A stretch of 64,000 nt of DNA from Mobula hypostoma. Its lineage: Eukaryota. This document shows, piece after piece, positions 52,024 through 64,000 of this stretch. The translations under genes were made by a program, and so were the position numbers. Every line of letters starts with the position of its first letter. The stretch's first letter is position 1. The notes beneath the pieces are model-generated. The model saw nothing but the letters and a program-made list of their open reading frames with translations. It was not told the origin of the DNA and did no database searches. The stretch is from assembly GCF_963921235.1 (NCBI RefSeq), contig NC_086108.1, positions 24,738,001 to 24,802,000 on the forward strand. The letters are read 5' to 3'.

Positions 52024-53492
52024 TGTCATGGTCCGGTCCGTGGGGTCCGCATTCCGTTTCGCGGTCCAGTCCGTGGACTAGGGGCACCGGGTCGTCCAGC
52101 TGTCCCTTGTTTGGGTTGATCATTGGCGCCTGGTTCCCATCTTTGGGCTTGTAGTATGGGTAGCTTTGGGGTTGGGTGTGGACTGCTACTTTGTCTTGTC
52201 AGTCCCTCTTGGAGCAACCTGCTGATGGAAGGCTAGTGAAACCATTTGTGATCTCTAGGCTTGGTTGGAGGACCACTGCTTCATGGAGCCTTGTTGCCAC
52301 TCGTTGGAGTGGTCTTTGCGGTATGGATTCGGCTGTTTCCTGGGCCAGCTGAGTGGCTGCCAGCCACTCCAAGCGAGGTAGGGATCTGGCTGTTTCCTTA
52401 GCCAGCTGAGGTTGCTGGCCGAACTGAGACTCGGAGCTTCCCCGGAGCAGAGATGGAACTGTCTGTTGTTCTTTGGTGTTTGCCTCTTCTTGTCCTTGCC
52501 TCTGTGGGGTAAGCCAGGCTGTTTTACTGTTGCCCTGCAGGAGGATCTGTCTTGTCTTATCCTTGCCTCTGTGGGGTAAGCCAGGCCGTTTTGCCATTGC
52601 CCTGCACGGGGACCTGTCTTGTCTTGTCCTTGCCTCTGTTGGGTAAGTCCGGCTGTTTTGCCGTTACCTGACGGAGAGACCTGTCCCACCTTGGTGTGGA
52701 GATGAAGATGAGTCCTGGCTTGTCAAAGGATAAGTCCCGGCTCTATGTTGATGTTCAGTTCCCAATATGTCTCTCAGCTCCAGTCTCCGAGTTATCAGCC
52801 TCCGCATTTCAAGACGAAGATCCCAAGCCTCGAGGATCCAAATCAAGCTCCAAGAACCCAAGCCTCAAGGATCCCAAGCCAAGCTCCAAGAACCCAAGCC
52901 TCGAGGATCCCAAGCCAAGCTCCAAGAACCCAAGCCTTGACGATCCTAAGCCAAGCTCCAAGAACCCAAGCCTCTAGGATCCCTAGCCAAGCTCAAGACC
53001 CAAGACCCCAGCCTGCAGCCAAGCTCCAGACCCAAAACCCCAGCCTGTAGCCAAGCTCAAGATCCAAGACCCCGAGCCTCAAGAATCCCAAGCCAAGCTC
53101 AAGACCCAAGACCCCAAGCCTCGAGGATCCCAAGCCAAGCTCAAGACCTAAGACCCCAGCCTGCAGCCAAGCTCAAGACCCAAGACCCCAAGCCTGGAGG
53201 ATCTCAAGCCAAGCTCAAGATCCTAGACCCCAGCCTCAAGCCATGTCATGTCCATGCCTGGTTCTGGGGTCCGAGCCCGAGGCAAGGCCAAGGTTCTGGG
53301 TCCTTGTCCAGTCTCGGGCTTGGAATCCATGGTTCTTAGTCCTGGTCCTGCTTTCCCTAGCCCAGCTCTGTGTTCTTGTCCCTGCTTCTTGTCTGAATCC
53401 TGTCACGTCCCTACTCTAGTCAAGTCCTGTTCCTTGTACTTCAGTGTTTGTGTCTTGCATTTGGGTCCGTTCCCAGCACCCCCATTGTGACA
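52024..53492. mobile_element. Long solo LTR-like element containing minisatellites
   Basis: tgtca...tgaca termini with perfect 5-bp TSD tcact (52019-52023 / 53493-53497). Confidence 0.85.
52818..53242 (+). repeat. Minisatellite, ~36-bp unit (gatcccaagccaagctccaagaacccaagcctcgag) and variants
   Basis: Direct tandem copies. A separate ~65-bp tandem repeat lies at 52475-52665. Confidence 0.9.
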
Positions 53493-55070
53493 TCACTAGT
53501 GCTTTATAAAGTCTCAACATTACATCCTTGCTCCTTCCTGCTATCCTTATAGTTTTCTAGATCTTTATCATTACCTAGCTTTTTGAACCTTTCATAAGCT
53601 TTCTTCTTTTCTTCTTGACTAGATTTTCAACAGCCTTTGTGCACCATGGTTCCTGTACCCTACAATTCTTTCCCTGTCTCATTGGAACATACCTGTGCAG
53701 AACGCCACACAATTATCTCCTGAACATTTGCCCCATTTCTGCCGTACATTTCCCTGAGAACACCGGCTCCCAATTTATGCTTCCAAGTTCCTACCTGGTA
53801 GCTTCATATTTCCCCTTACTCCAATTAAACGTTTCCCTAACTTGTCTGTCCCTATCCCTCTCCAATGCTATGGTAAAGGGGACAGAATTGTGATCACTAG
53901 CTCCAAAATGCTCTCCCACTGAGAGACCTGACACCTGACCAAGTTCATTTCCCAACACCAAATCAAGTACTTTGAGACCTCATCCATAATAATAGACTTT
54001 AATATCTTCCCAACCACTAAGGTCAACCTAACTGGCCTACAGTTTCCTTTCTTCTTCCTCTCTCCCTTCTTGAAGAGTAGAGTGACATTTACAATTTTCC
54101 AGTCTTCCAGAACCATTCCAGAATCCAGTGATTCTTGGAAGATCATTACCCATGTCTCCATAATTTCTTCAACCTCCTCTTTAGACACCTGGACCTTCCA
54201 GCATATTGCTAGTGCCTTCCACAGTGAAGAGTGATGCAAAATATTTACTCAGTTCATCCACCATTTCCTTGTCTCCTAATACTACCTTCAGCATAGTTCT
54301 TCAATGGTTCAGTATCCTTTTTATTATTATTGGCTAGCTTACTTTTGCATTTCATCTTTACCTTCATAATGACATTTTTAGTTGCCTTCTGTTGATTTTT
54401 AAAAACTCACCAAATCTCTAGCTTCTCACTAACTTTTGCTCTATTATATTCCCTCTCTTTGGCTTTTATGTTGGCTGTGAACTCTGTTGTTAGCCACAAT
54501 TGTTGCATCTTGCCATTAGAATACTTCTTCCTCTTAGCGATGTATGTACCTTGTGCCTTTCAAATTGCTTGCTGAAATTCCTGCCAATGCTGCTCTGCCA
54601 TCATCCCTGCAGTGTTTTTTTTCAATCAATTCTGGCCAACTCCTCTCTCATGCATCTGTAATTCTATCGCAGGCTCAACCACAAGCTCTCTAAAAAACCA
54701 CCTTGGAGGCATTCTAGAAATTCCCCCTCTTGGAATCCAGCAGCAACCTGATTTTCCCAATCTACCTGCATATTGAAATTCCCTATGACTATTGCAATAT
54801 TGCACTTTTGACATGCATTTTATATTTCCCATTGTAATTTGTAGACCACATCCTTAATACCATTTGGGGGTCTGTATACAACTCCCATCAGGGTCTGTTT
54901 ACCCTTAGTTCCTTAGCTCTATCCACAATGCACATCTTCCAACTCTACGTCACCCTTTCTAATGATTTGATTTCATTTCTTACCAACAGAGCAACACAGC
55001 CCCCCTCTGCCTTTCTGCTTGTTTTTAGGATACAATGTGTATCCCTAGACATTAAGCTCCCAGCTATAGT

Positions 55071-56860
55071 CAGTGGTAATTTAGAAAATTGGGGAACTTT
55101 TAAAAAGTAACAAAAGGAAATTAAAAATGGGGGATATGAAATCTGAAGGTACACTAGCCAATAATATAAAAGGGAATACGGATGTTTTTTTTCAGATAAA
55201 CAAAGTAAAAGAGGTGAGAGTAGATAGTGGATTGCAGGAAAACGATACTGAAGAGGTAGTACTGGGGGACAAGGAAATGGTGGATGAACTGAATAAGTAT
55301 TTTGCATCAGTATTCACTGTGGAAGGCACTAGCAATTTGCCAAATGTTTGCAACCGTCAGGGGGCAGAAGTGAGTTTAGTTACCCTGGAACAAACAAGAG
55401 AAAATCTGCAGAAGCTGGAAGTCTGAGCAATACACACAAAAAGCTGGGAGAACTCAGCAGGCCAGGCAGCATCTATGGAAAAAAAGTACAGTTGACGTTT
55501 TGGGTGGAAACCCTTTGGCAGGACTGGAATTTTAAAATTCTTCAGGGTAGGCATTACTGGAAGAGACTTTGCAAAGTAGTAATCAAATCACAAACAAGAG
55601 AAAATCTGCAGATGCTGGAAATCCGAACAACACACAAAATGTTGGAGGAACTCAGCATACCAAGCAGTATCTATCCACTGATGCTGCCCGACCTGCTGAG
55701 TTCATCCAGCGTACTGTAAGTTTTGCTTTGATCACAGCATCTGCAGATTATTTTGTGTTTAAAAAAAAGTACAGTTGGTTTTTTGGGCCGAAACCAGCAG
55801 GATGAAGAGTTTTGGCCCGAAACATCAACGGTACTAGTTACTCTGGAGAAGGTGCTTAGGAAACTGAAAAGCCTAAATGTAGATACGTCACCTGGAGCAG
55901 ATGATATACACCCCAGGGTTCTGAAAGAGGTGGCTGAGGAGATGGAGGAAGTATTAGTAATGACCTTTTAAGAAGTAATTGATTCTGGCATGATTCCAAA
56001 GGACTGGAAAACTACAATTGTCACTCCACTGTTGAGAAGGGAGAGACGCAGAAAAAAGGAATTTATAGGCCAGTTCGCCTGACCTCATGGCTTCAAGGTA
56101 CTTGGAGCAATATGATAAAATATGCCAAAGTCAGCATGGTTTCCTTAAGGGAGAATCTTGCCTTGACAGATCTTATAGGATTATTTGAGGAAATAACAGA
56201 CAAGATAGACAAAAGTGAATCGGTAAATGTGTACTTGGATTTTCAGAAGGTCTTTGGCAAGGTGCCATATATGAGGTTCCTTGGCAACATAAGAGCTCAT
56301 GGTATAAAAGAAAAGATACTAGCATAGACAGAGCATTGGCTGATTGGCAACGGACAAAGATTGGGAATGAATGAAGTCTTTTCTGATTGGCTAGTGGTGT
56401 TCTGCAGTGGAAGGTTTTGGAACTGCTTCTTTTTACATTGTATGGCAATAATTTGGATGATGGAATTGAGGCTTTATGGCCAAGTGTCCCTTTGTTGAGG
56501 AAGCAGGGAGTCTGCAGAAGGACTAGGACTTTTATTAGGAAAATGGGCAAAGTAGTAGCAGATGGATTACACTGTTGGGAAGTGTATGATCATGCACTTT
56601 GGTAGAAGGAGTGAAAGCGTGGGCTATTTTCTAAACAGGAATGTAAGGCTTATCAAATTCATTGCCACAGGTGGCTGTGGAGGCCAGGTCATTAGATGTA
56701 TAAGGCAGAGGTGGATAGGTTCTTGGTTAGTCAGGGTGTGAAAGGTTACAGGGAGAAAGCAGCAGATTGGGGTTGAGAGGTAAATATATCGGCCATGATG
56801 AAATGACAGAACAGACTCAACAGGCTGAATGGCCTAATTCCGCTCCTATGTCTTATGGTG
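55071..56860 (+). mobile_element. CR1 LINE fragment with PLE-end insertions at ~55390-55835
   Basis: ELNKYFASVFTVE, PGADDIHPRVLKE, VYLDFQKVFGKVP; CR1 3' tail. Duplicated and inverted PLE ends acaaacaagagaaaatctgcag. Confidence 0.85.
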
Positions 56861-59425
56861 TTCAGTGTCTCCTAAACTGCATCAATGACTATGCTTCAAA
56901 AGTGCTCTCCAGAGATTAGCTAAATAGATATGCAAGATGCTACTTAAATGGAAGAATATTTTTTAGGTAATAATGCTGCATCCTGTTATCAATCTAATCA
57001 GTAGTAACCAACCTAAGCAAACATATTAAAAAAATCAAAAACATATTGAAACCAGCGGGGGAGGAGTTATTATTAAGTTGCTGACCAGCTGTGAAACTTA
57101 TGTTACATGTAAAAGGAAATGATCAATTTTCAATTTAACTTAAATTATTTCCCTGTAGGAACATATCTCCCATCAACAAACACAAAATATAAAATTGTGA
57201 TTGGAACCTTCTGTTACTCAGTTCAGTTTCATACACAGCTGCTGATATACTGAGCCAGTAAATACTAATCTTATATCCCGAAGTTGCTTGACAATTATTA
57301 CTGATGACATACGTAGCCATGATTTTTCCATCTGATGCAGGACTTCATGATGAATAACATGAGCACATAATAAGCAGAAATTAAATATTGGCATACCACA
57401 GTGATAATATAACAAAGTCAATAAATGTAAATTGCAGACTTATAATCAGTTCATGAATACTTCATAATGTGCATTGCATGATATTAATACTTGAAAAATA
57501 CTAGTTATGAAATATTTATTTTTTACTTGCTTACATTTTGGTGTCTGGAGCTAACATGCTCATTCTTTTCATGTACACAGCTCTTACACGGGTTACTAAT
57601 TATGAGGATTACAAGCATTGTTAAATAAATTTAATAGGTTATTTGTAAAACTTCAATTGCTGATTTTATAGTGAAGGGGTGATAGGGTGTCTGTCCCACA
57701 GAACTGCCTGATTTGCAAATAAGACTATCCCAATGATACTAATGGATAATAAATACTTATGAAATACTTATATTCCTGACTTTCATGGTTATGTACTCGG
57801 TTAAGAACCAACTCATGCCACAGCTGTATATTAACAAGGGGAAAACTGAGTTTTATCCTACAAAAGTTTATTCTCTTCAAGCTTGCTGAGTGCATATATT
57901 TAACCTACACTGATCAATTAACATGGAGTCCACCAAAGACCGAAATAGCAACAGAAAATAAACCCCAAAACCACAATAACTTCTGTTTACTTTGAGAACA
58001 AATATCAACTGTATAAATTCAAATATATAAATTATATAGAATACTACATTTATCCACCTAGCAGGTAATTCAACATTATTAAACAGTGTTTCAATTATAC
58101 AAGAGCTCTCCGATAGAGCATCTGACCTCCACCCGAGGAATTACAGGATCAATCTCACAGTGCTCACTCGCTAAGGGGTCAGATAATTCATCATCCACAC
58201 TTCATCCTCTATTGACAGTTATCTCTGGCACTGCTAGATGACTGAAAGCATCTGTATTCCCATGGTATTTCCAGGTGTTTTTAATAGTGGTATGTTTAAA
58301 TGTTCTCAATGTCCAATCCCATCTTTAAATTTAGACGCTATTTCATCTATTGGTTTCATTTCATGAAATAAAAAAGGAAGTCAGGGGTTTGTGCTCCATG
58401 TCAGTGATAAAGTGGTGCACACTCACAGTACTGCTTCGCTCCAAATATGACAGCTTAACCTATCGGCTTTTCAGAATTGTCTTCCATTCATTGGGATGTC
58501 ACAGCAGCAGGACTAACCTGGCCTGTTCAGAAGTGGCCGAACATGTCAGCACATTAGAAATCTTTAGGATAAACAAAAGCGAATTTTTCCAAACTTTGCA
58601 CCCTTTTAAAGCAACTATTGCAATGGAGCAAAGAGCAAGAATTTATTACAACAACTCAGCAATTCCAGACATGTCTTCAGGTTTGTTAATTTACTTGGGA
58701 AATTGGTAATGTTTTTCAACTTCTCTTGACTTTTGGTTCCTTTAGTGTCCATGTGGTTTCCTCGAGAAACCACTTCATTTGCCAAGTACATTAACTTCTC
58801 TATAAACATGGGCCTGCCTTTTCCAGTCACTCAACACTTACTAAGTATTTGGCAGGTGTTCATCTCCCAAAATTACCATAACTAGGGTGCAATTCAAACA
58901 TGCAACTCTGAGAATACCCTTCAGCAACCCCTCCATGGGTGCAGACAACAAACAGAAAGGCAAACCCTTGTGCTTTGAGTGTCAAAAAGCATCTTAGATT
59001 TCTCCAAGCTCACCTGCTGCTATACATGACTCTGACAATGAATTGTCGCCCTCAAGACAAAACGGTAAAATAACCTTCTATTCTTGAAATGGGAAACCGT
59101 TCCAGTGACAAGACACATTTAGCAGTGATCTGGTAATCTCCACCAGTCCTGATTGACTTAGCCTTCTTTTAACAGTGTCAGCATGGGTGCTGACCAGAGT
59201 TCTCAACAGTTTCAATTATTTTCATTCTGTCAATTTCTGCTTCCAATTTTACATTCAACACATAATTTACTGACCTTGACTTAACCCATTGGAGAACACC
59301 AGAATCAATGTTATATTGGGCATGAATGTCCTTCAACATTATCAATTCAACGATATCTCCCTGAAACCTTCTGTAATGTTCCAGTCTTACTCATTTTAAT
59401 TGATAACTGTTCCTTCAATCCAGGA

Positions 59426-59596
59426 GGTTCCTAAAGTTCGTCATAGCCAGGGGAGGCAGTGGGGTAAGCTCCCACTACTTACTAAATGCACCTAACGGCA
59501 TGCATCTCAAATTGCCTCAAATAACCAAGTCCAGCTCCTGGCCTTCATGTGTGGCTTAGCTACCAAGCCCGGTGGAACTGTTTCTACTGATAGAAG
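59426..59596 (+). ncRNA. HDV-like ribozyme (predicted, partly degenerate)
   Basis: P1 ggttcc/ggaact, P2 ctcctg/tagaag (5/6), P3 gcc/ggt, L3 with hairpin ggctt...aagcc, J4/2 Ctga. Confidence 0.55.
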
Positions 59597-60127
59597 GATA
59601 GAAGGTTACTGACACCTCAAAACTATTTGCTCTGAGCAGAAATGAGTATGCTGAACCACAAATGGGGCACAATAGAGAAGATGGCCAAGGACAGACAGAG
59701 ATGGAGGACCTTCATCATTGCCCTAAGCACCCATGGCAAAACAGGCAGTAAATTTGGGCTTATCAGTGATTGGTTGCTCCTCTGGAAGGAAAATTCTGAT
59801 CTCAAACCACCACTGCCTTGAGGATATACCCACAGATGGAGAAGGCTTCAGGAGTAAACCCCGAGGAAAATCCAGAGCTCAAGTCCCTAAGGCAGTCTTA
59901 GGTTATGTTCAACGCTGACTGGCAACTGCTGTTGTGCACTGCTGGTATCAAGCTATATCTATTTCTGCCATTCTTTTGGACTCATTAGCTGCGTGGAGGG
60001 AGGGAGCCTGCTGCATGGGCAACAGCTTTCACTCCACGTCGTACTTCTCTGCTTGTGTACTTTCTCACGCATCACGTAGACAGCCTGGGGTGCAATATCC
60101 ATGGTCAACTGTGACCAACGGAGGGCC
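59426..60127 (+). mobile_element. Non-coding retro-element with 5' HDV-like ribozyme; contains an RTE-like 3' piece at ~59640-59750
   Basis: 11-bp TSD tcaatccagga (59415-59425 / 60128-60138). WGTIEKMAKDRQRWRTFIIAL remnant inside. Confidence 0.8.
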
Positions 60128-60561
60128 TCAATCCAGGAAAACTGCTTTCAACCAGCCACTTTCTAATAGGTTTGATGCAAAGTCTACAATACCTACTAGT
60201 TATTGGGTTTTATCACATCTTTGATACTTCACTATCACATCAAGAAGTCCAACTATTCTAATGCTTTCACCTATCTAGATGTTCACATTTAACTGTGTAC
60301 TTTTAAGTTTGGGAAATAGTGCTTTCTGAACATTCAGCGGCAATTTCAGTCTGGTTCATCAATGCAGCACTGCATTTATCTTGAAGTTCAAGTTTGGTGT
60401 CTTGGCAGGAATCAATGGTTTCTACTTTGGTGAAGTCAGCCCTTTTCTCAGTAAACATCATAATCACTTCACCTGTATTAGTCTTTCTTCACTTGCTTCT
60501 TTTACCTGATGAGTTCAATAGCAATTTTGGAAATTTTGAGAATCTTCTTTTAATTTCTTGC

Positions 60562-60860
60562 ATACATTTATTATTTTATTAGAGATACAGAGCAGGATAG
60601 GCACATTTGGCCCTTCGAGCCACGCCACCAAGCAACCCACTGATTTAATCTGAACCTAATCGTGGTAACATTTACAATGACCAATTGGCCTACTCAACGG
60701 TATGTCTTTAGACCATGAGAGGAAACTGGAGGACCCACAGGAAAATCATGCATCCCATGGGGAGGGCCTAAAGAGACTCTTTACAGAGGACACAAAAACT
60801 GAACTCTGAATTCCGATGACCCGAACAGTAATAATGTTGCGATATCTGCTATGCTATCAT
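60562..60860 (-). mobile_element. V-SINE with CR1-like 3' tail
   Basis: Reverse-complement V-domain gaggaaactggaggacccacaggaaa; CR1-type tail gcaggataggcacatttggcccttcgag. Confidence 0.7.
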
Positions 60861-61714
60861 TTTGTTGGCTCAGCTTAGATCATGTATTCCTACAATCCCT
60901 GGCGTCTTGCAACACATGATACTTTTCTTGCTTGAACAAAATTCAGATGTTACCTTCAGTTACTATAGCCTCTATCTTTTTACTACAACATTCGGCTTGT
61001 CTGGAACACCTATTGCCTCTGAATCCTGTGTTTGTTGATCTCACACAAACCAATTTACCTGTATTGACAGAGGCATGATAATTGAATTTGATACTGGATA
61101 GTCCTGATTACAGTTTGGAAGCAACTTCCACCATTCTGCTACACATCAAGCCACTGTTCATTAGATTTTCTTAACAATTAATGCAAAGCCAACCATGTCT
61201 TACAGAAGTTTGATTCAAAGTGATGCTTTATCAAATCCAACAATTCCTCAGATTCTTCTATTACTGGGTCTCTCCTACAGATTTGCATTCAGCTACAAAA
61301 CTTCAGGCGTCTAGATCTTGCAGATACATGAAGCCTGACATGTCTACATAAGGAATTAAACTTTATAAAGTTACATTCAAGCAGCCAATGCTATTAATGT
61401 ATTAACTTTCTGAATTGGAAAAATTACTTGAAAATCCTGAAAATTACCCATCAAACCCCCGCAACTAAATATAAGTAGTGATGAAGTGTGTTCTTTGCCT
61501 CTCTTCATGAAGCTCAGAAAGGACAGAGAGCTGAGAGAGGTTTGGCAAACTGTTGACCCTGAGAAATATTGTTACTTTCATGGGAGGGAAGCAAAATGAA
61601 GTAAATTGTAAGCAAAGGCCAGTTGACTTTAAATTCATTGCAATAAAATGGTTCAGCACATTTATCACACACAGAACATTTTGAAAAGGTTATATATTAA
61701 CATTCGTTTTTAAA

Positions 61715-62000
61715 ACCAAAGATAAGCTTTACTTGTCACAGGTACAGAGAAACATCAAAACAGTGAAAGCCGCTGGTTATGTCATTGTTTGTGAATGCAA
61801 GCGTCGCCTTGCTTCCAGCATCAACATAGCATACCCACAACGTGCTAAAACTAGCCTACACCGTTTTTTGAAATGTGGGAGGAAACCAGCACACCTGTAT
61901 GAAACCCATGCAGAGAGGGAGAGAACACATAACCTCCATACAGGCAGCAGTAGGAAATTGAAACCCATTTCTGGTGTTGTAATAGCATTGTGCTAACTGC
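61715..62000 (-). mobile_element. V-SINE (decayed)
   Basis: tgtgggaggaaaccagcacacctgtatgaaacccatgc is the reverse complement of the V-domain. Confidence 0.7.
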
Positions 62001-62017
62001 CTGAAGACTTGCTCAAG

Positions 62018-62806
62018 GTTGTTGTCATTGTCATACTTTATTGATCCCGGGGGAAATTGGTTTTCATTACAGTTGCACCATAAATAATAAGTAGTAATAG
62101 AACCATAAATAGTTAAATAGTAATATGTAAATTATGCCAGCAAATTATGAAATAAGTCCAGGACCAGCCTATTGGCTCAGGGTGTCTGACCCTCCAAGGG
62201 AGGAGTTGTAAAGTTTGATGGCCACAGGCAGGAATGATTTCCTATGACGCTCTGTGTTGCATCTCGGTGGAATGAGTCTCTGGCTGAATGTACTCCTGTG
62301 CCCAGCCAGTACATTATGTAGTGGGTGGGAGACATTGACCAAGATGGCATGCAACTTAGATAGCATCCTCTTTTCAGACACCACCGTGAGAGAGTCCAGT
62401 TCCATCCCTACAACATCACTGGCCTTACGAATGAGTTTGTTGATTCTGTTGGTGGCTGCTACCCTCAGCCTGCTGCCCCAGCACACAACAGCAAACATGA
62501 CAGCACTGGTCACCACAGACTCGTAGAACATCCTCAGCATCGTCCAGCAGATGTTAAAGGACCTCAGTCACCTCAGGAAATAGAGACGGCTCTGTCTCTT
62601 CTTGTAGACAGCCTCAGTGTTCTTTGACCAGTCCAGTCAATTCGTATCCCCAGGTATTTGTAATCCTCCACCATGTCCACACTGACCCCTTGGATAGAAA
62701 CAGGGGTCACCAGTACCTTAGCTCTCCTCAGGTCCACCACCAGCTCCTTAGTCTTTTTCACATTAAGCTGCAGATAATTCTGCTCACACCATGTGACAAA
62801 GTTTCC
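62018..62806 (-). mobile_element. Rex1/Babar, 5'-truncated; same family as 11110-12532
   Basis: Highly similar to 11125-11885; LQLNVKKTKELVVD, YKYLG. Confidence 0.9.
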
Positions 62807-62899
62807 AGATCTAAGTGTTGGAAGTACTTTCAGAGGATGCCCTGAGGTAAGTTTTGAAAAATTCAGCGCAATCATGCTGCCTAAGCTTTGAGAGGTGAA

Positions 62900-63275
62900 A
62901 CAGTTTGGGTACATATTCCTTTGGAATTCAGATGAATTAAAGATGACCCTTATTCAAACATATCGGATCCTAAGGGAGTTTAATAGGGTAGATGCTACTA
63001 CTGAGAGAGTCACGAACAAGAGGAAACAGCTGCAAAATCAGCGGTTGGTTATTCCAAATGCAGGTCCTTCTTTCAGAGTGATGAAAGCCAGGTCATTAGA
63101 TATATTTAATGTGGAGATGAATAAATGTTTAAAACTGTGGAATTGAGGATGATAGGGAACTAACATAGAAAAGCGCTTGTGACAGGAATAGATCAGTGAT
63201 TATTATATTGAATGGTGGGGTAGGGTTGAAGGGTCTAATAGCATACACCTTATCTTTTTACCTTGTGTTCTATTC
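62900..63275 (+). mobile_element. Old CR1 3' fragment
   Basis: LIQTYRILREFNRVD; tail gttgaagggtctaatagcatacacc. Confidence 0.6.
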
Positions 63276-63877
63276 AAAAATTGAAAATATAACTAAGCAG
63301 CAACAAAACTATCAGGTATCATCAAAATTATCCCATAAAATGCCATTTTTTTCTCCCAAAGGTCATTGACTTCAATAGGCGTGAGTGCCCTTCAAAGCAT
63401 CAAACACTTACATTAACATCGTGCCTTTCATTTCTATTTTATGTTCTTCCAATAAAATATACTGCCAACTGTTCCATTGTGGTCAGTTGTAATGTGGGAA
63501 GTAAGTTCCCACAAAGATCGATATATTTAAGACCATTTATTTGATATTATGCTGTTGATAGAGAAACAAATGCATGACTTGCAAGGATAATTGCTGTGGT
63601 TTTCTATGAAATAATGTCACAGCATTATGAGCATCTGTGTGAGGGAGGAGAGTGGCCAACTTATCCTACCTGAAAGATAAGTTTTCTAATTATGCTGCAC
63701 TTACTTAAATGTGGTTTATTCAACCCGAATAATGACACCACTTCTCTTCAGTGGGTTTGAACACGTGCACCTTCCAACAAGGCAAATGAGCTCCAGCCAA
63801 ACATGTACACCCAATAGCAGGGCAATTCACTTATGATAATGGGCTGTGAATATGTCATCACTCATGGGGGACATCAC

Positions 63878-64000
63878 TGACTGGTGTAGTGGCATCCACA
63901 CTGGACTTCAAGGCGAATGGTCCCAGGTTCGACTTGAAGGCCAGATCCTTGCACGTTTTCCGTGCATGCTGGCTTGAGCACCCAGCTAGCAACTTGGCCT
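63878..64000 (+). mobile_element. tRNA-derived SINE head, runs off the window
   Basis: A box tggtgtagtgg and B box ggttcgact at tRNA-like spacing; no clean cloverleaf. Confidence 0.6.

Larger units (their letters stand above)
51455..55070 (-). mobile_element. Minus-strand CR1 fragments (3' end at 51455), interrupted by the LTR at 52024
   Basis: CR1 3' tail gaccatatgac...ataggagc; IFQESLDSGMVLEDWKIVNVTLLFKKG at 53868-54239. Confidence 0.8.
58100..61400 (-). mobile_element. Ancient Ty3/Gypsy (Mag-like) gag-pol fossil, LTRs not identified
   Basis: Remnants in the expected order: gag EELLDLIKHHFE; VKSRSVNYVLNVKLEAEIDR; RT KKAKSIRTGGDYQITAKCVLSLERFPISRIE, HKGL, MEGLLKGI; RNase H TDMEHKPL...HGNTDAFSHL. 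Confidence 0.7.

Noticed and set aside
52199..53050. Repetitive ORFs (PKPSSKNPSL..., GLPHRGKDK...)
   Set aside because: Products of minisatellites within an LTR-like element; no domain evidence.
52818..53242. CRISPR-like array
   Set aside because: Contiguous tandem units with no unique spacers, in a eukaryotic context.
58100..61440. Large host-gene exon
   Set aside because: Many stops; the motifs match Gypsy gag-pol.
63878..63945. Functional tRNA gene
   Set aside because: No convincing acceptor or T stems and no poly-T terminator; more consistent with a SINE head.

Overview
Eukaryotic, AT-rich, repeat-dense DNA with no intact protein-coding gene. The repeat set (CR1 LINEs with zinc-finger/esterase ORF1, Rex1/Babar, Penelope-like elements, V-SINEs) suggests a vertebrate, probably a cartilaginous fish; this is inference. 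Most of the window is nested, decayed transposons: CR1, Rex1/Babar, Penelope-like (PLE), RTE, HERO-like RLE, Gypsy internal sequence, three solo LTRs, a Buster-type hAT, a Tigger/pogo derivative and a Tc1-like element. Four things stand out. (1) A TA-flanked DNA element with ~120-bp TIRs (3598-6687) encodes an unusual fusion of a transposase-like core, a FEN1/XPG-type PIN nuclease and a Cys-rich CXC tail. (2) Two different non-coding retro-elements (30854-31416, 59426-60127) each begin at the predicted cleavage G of an HDV-like ribozyme carrying an extra L3 hairpin. (3) Minimal hammerhead ribozymes occur in many PLE ends. (4) A HERO-like insertion is flanked by a ~255-bp duplication. A few weak candidate exons of an unidentified minus-strand host gene are noted. 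Boundaries without TSD/TIR support are approximate, and all family calls come from motif recognition by eye, not database searches.
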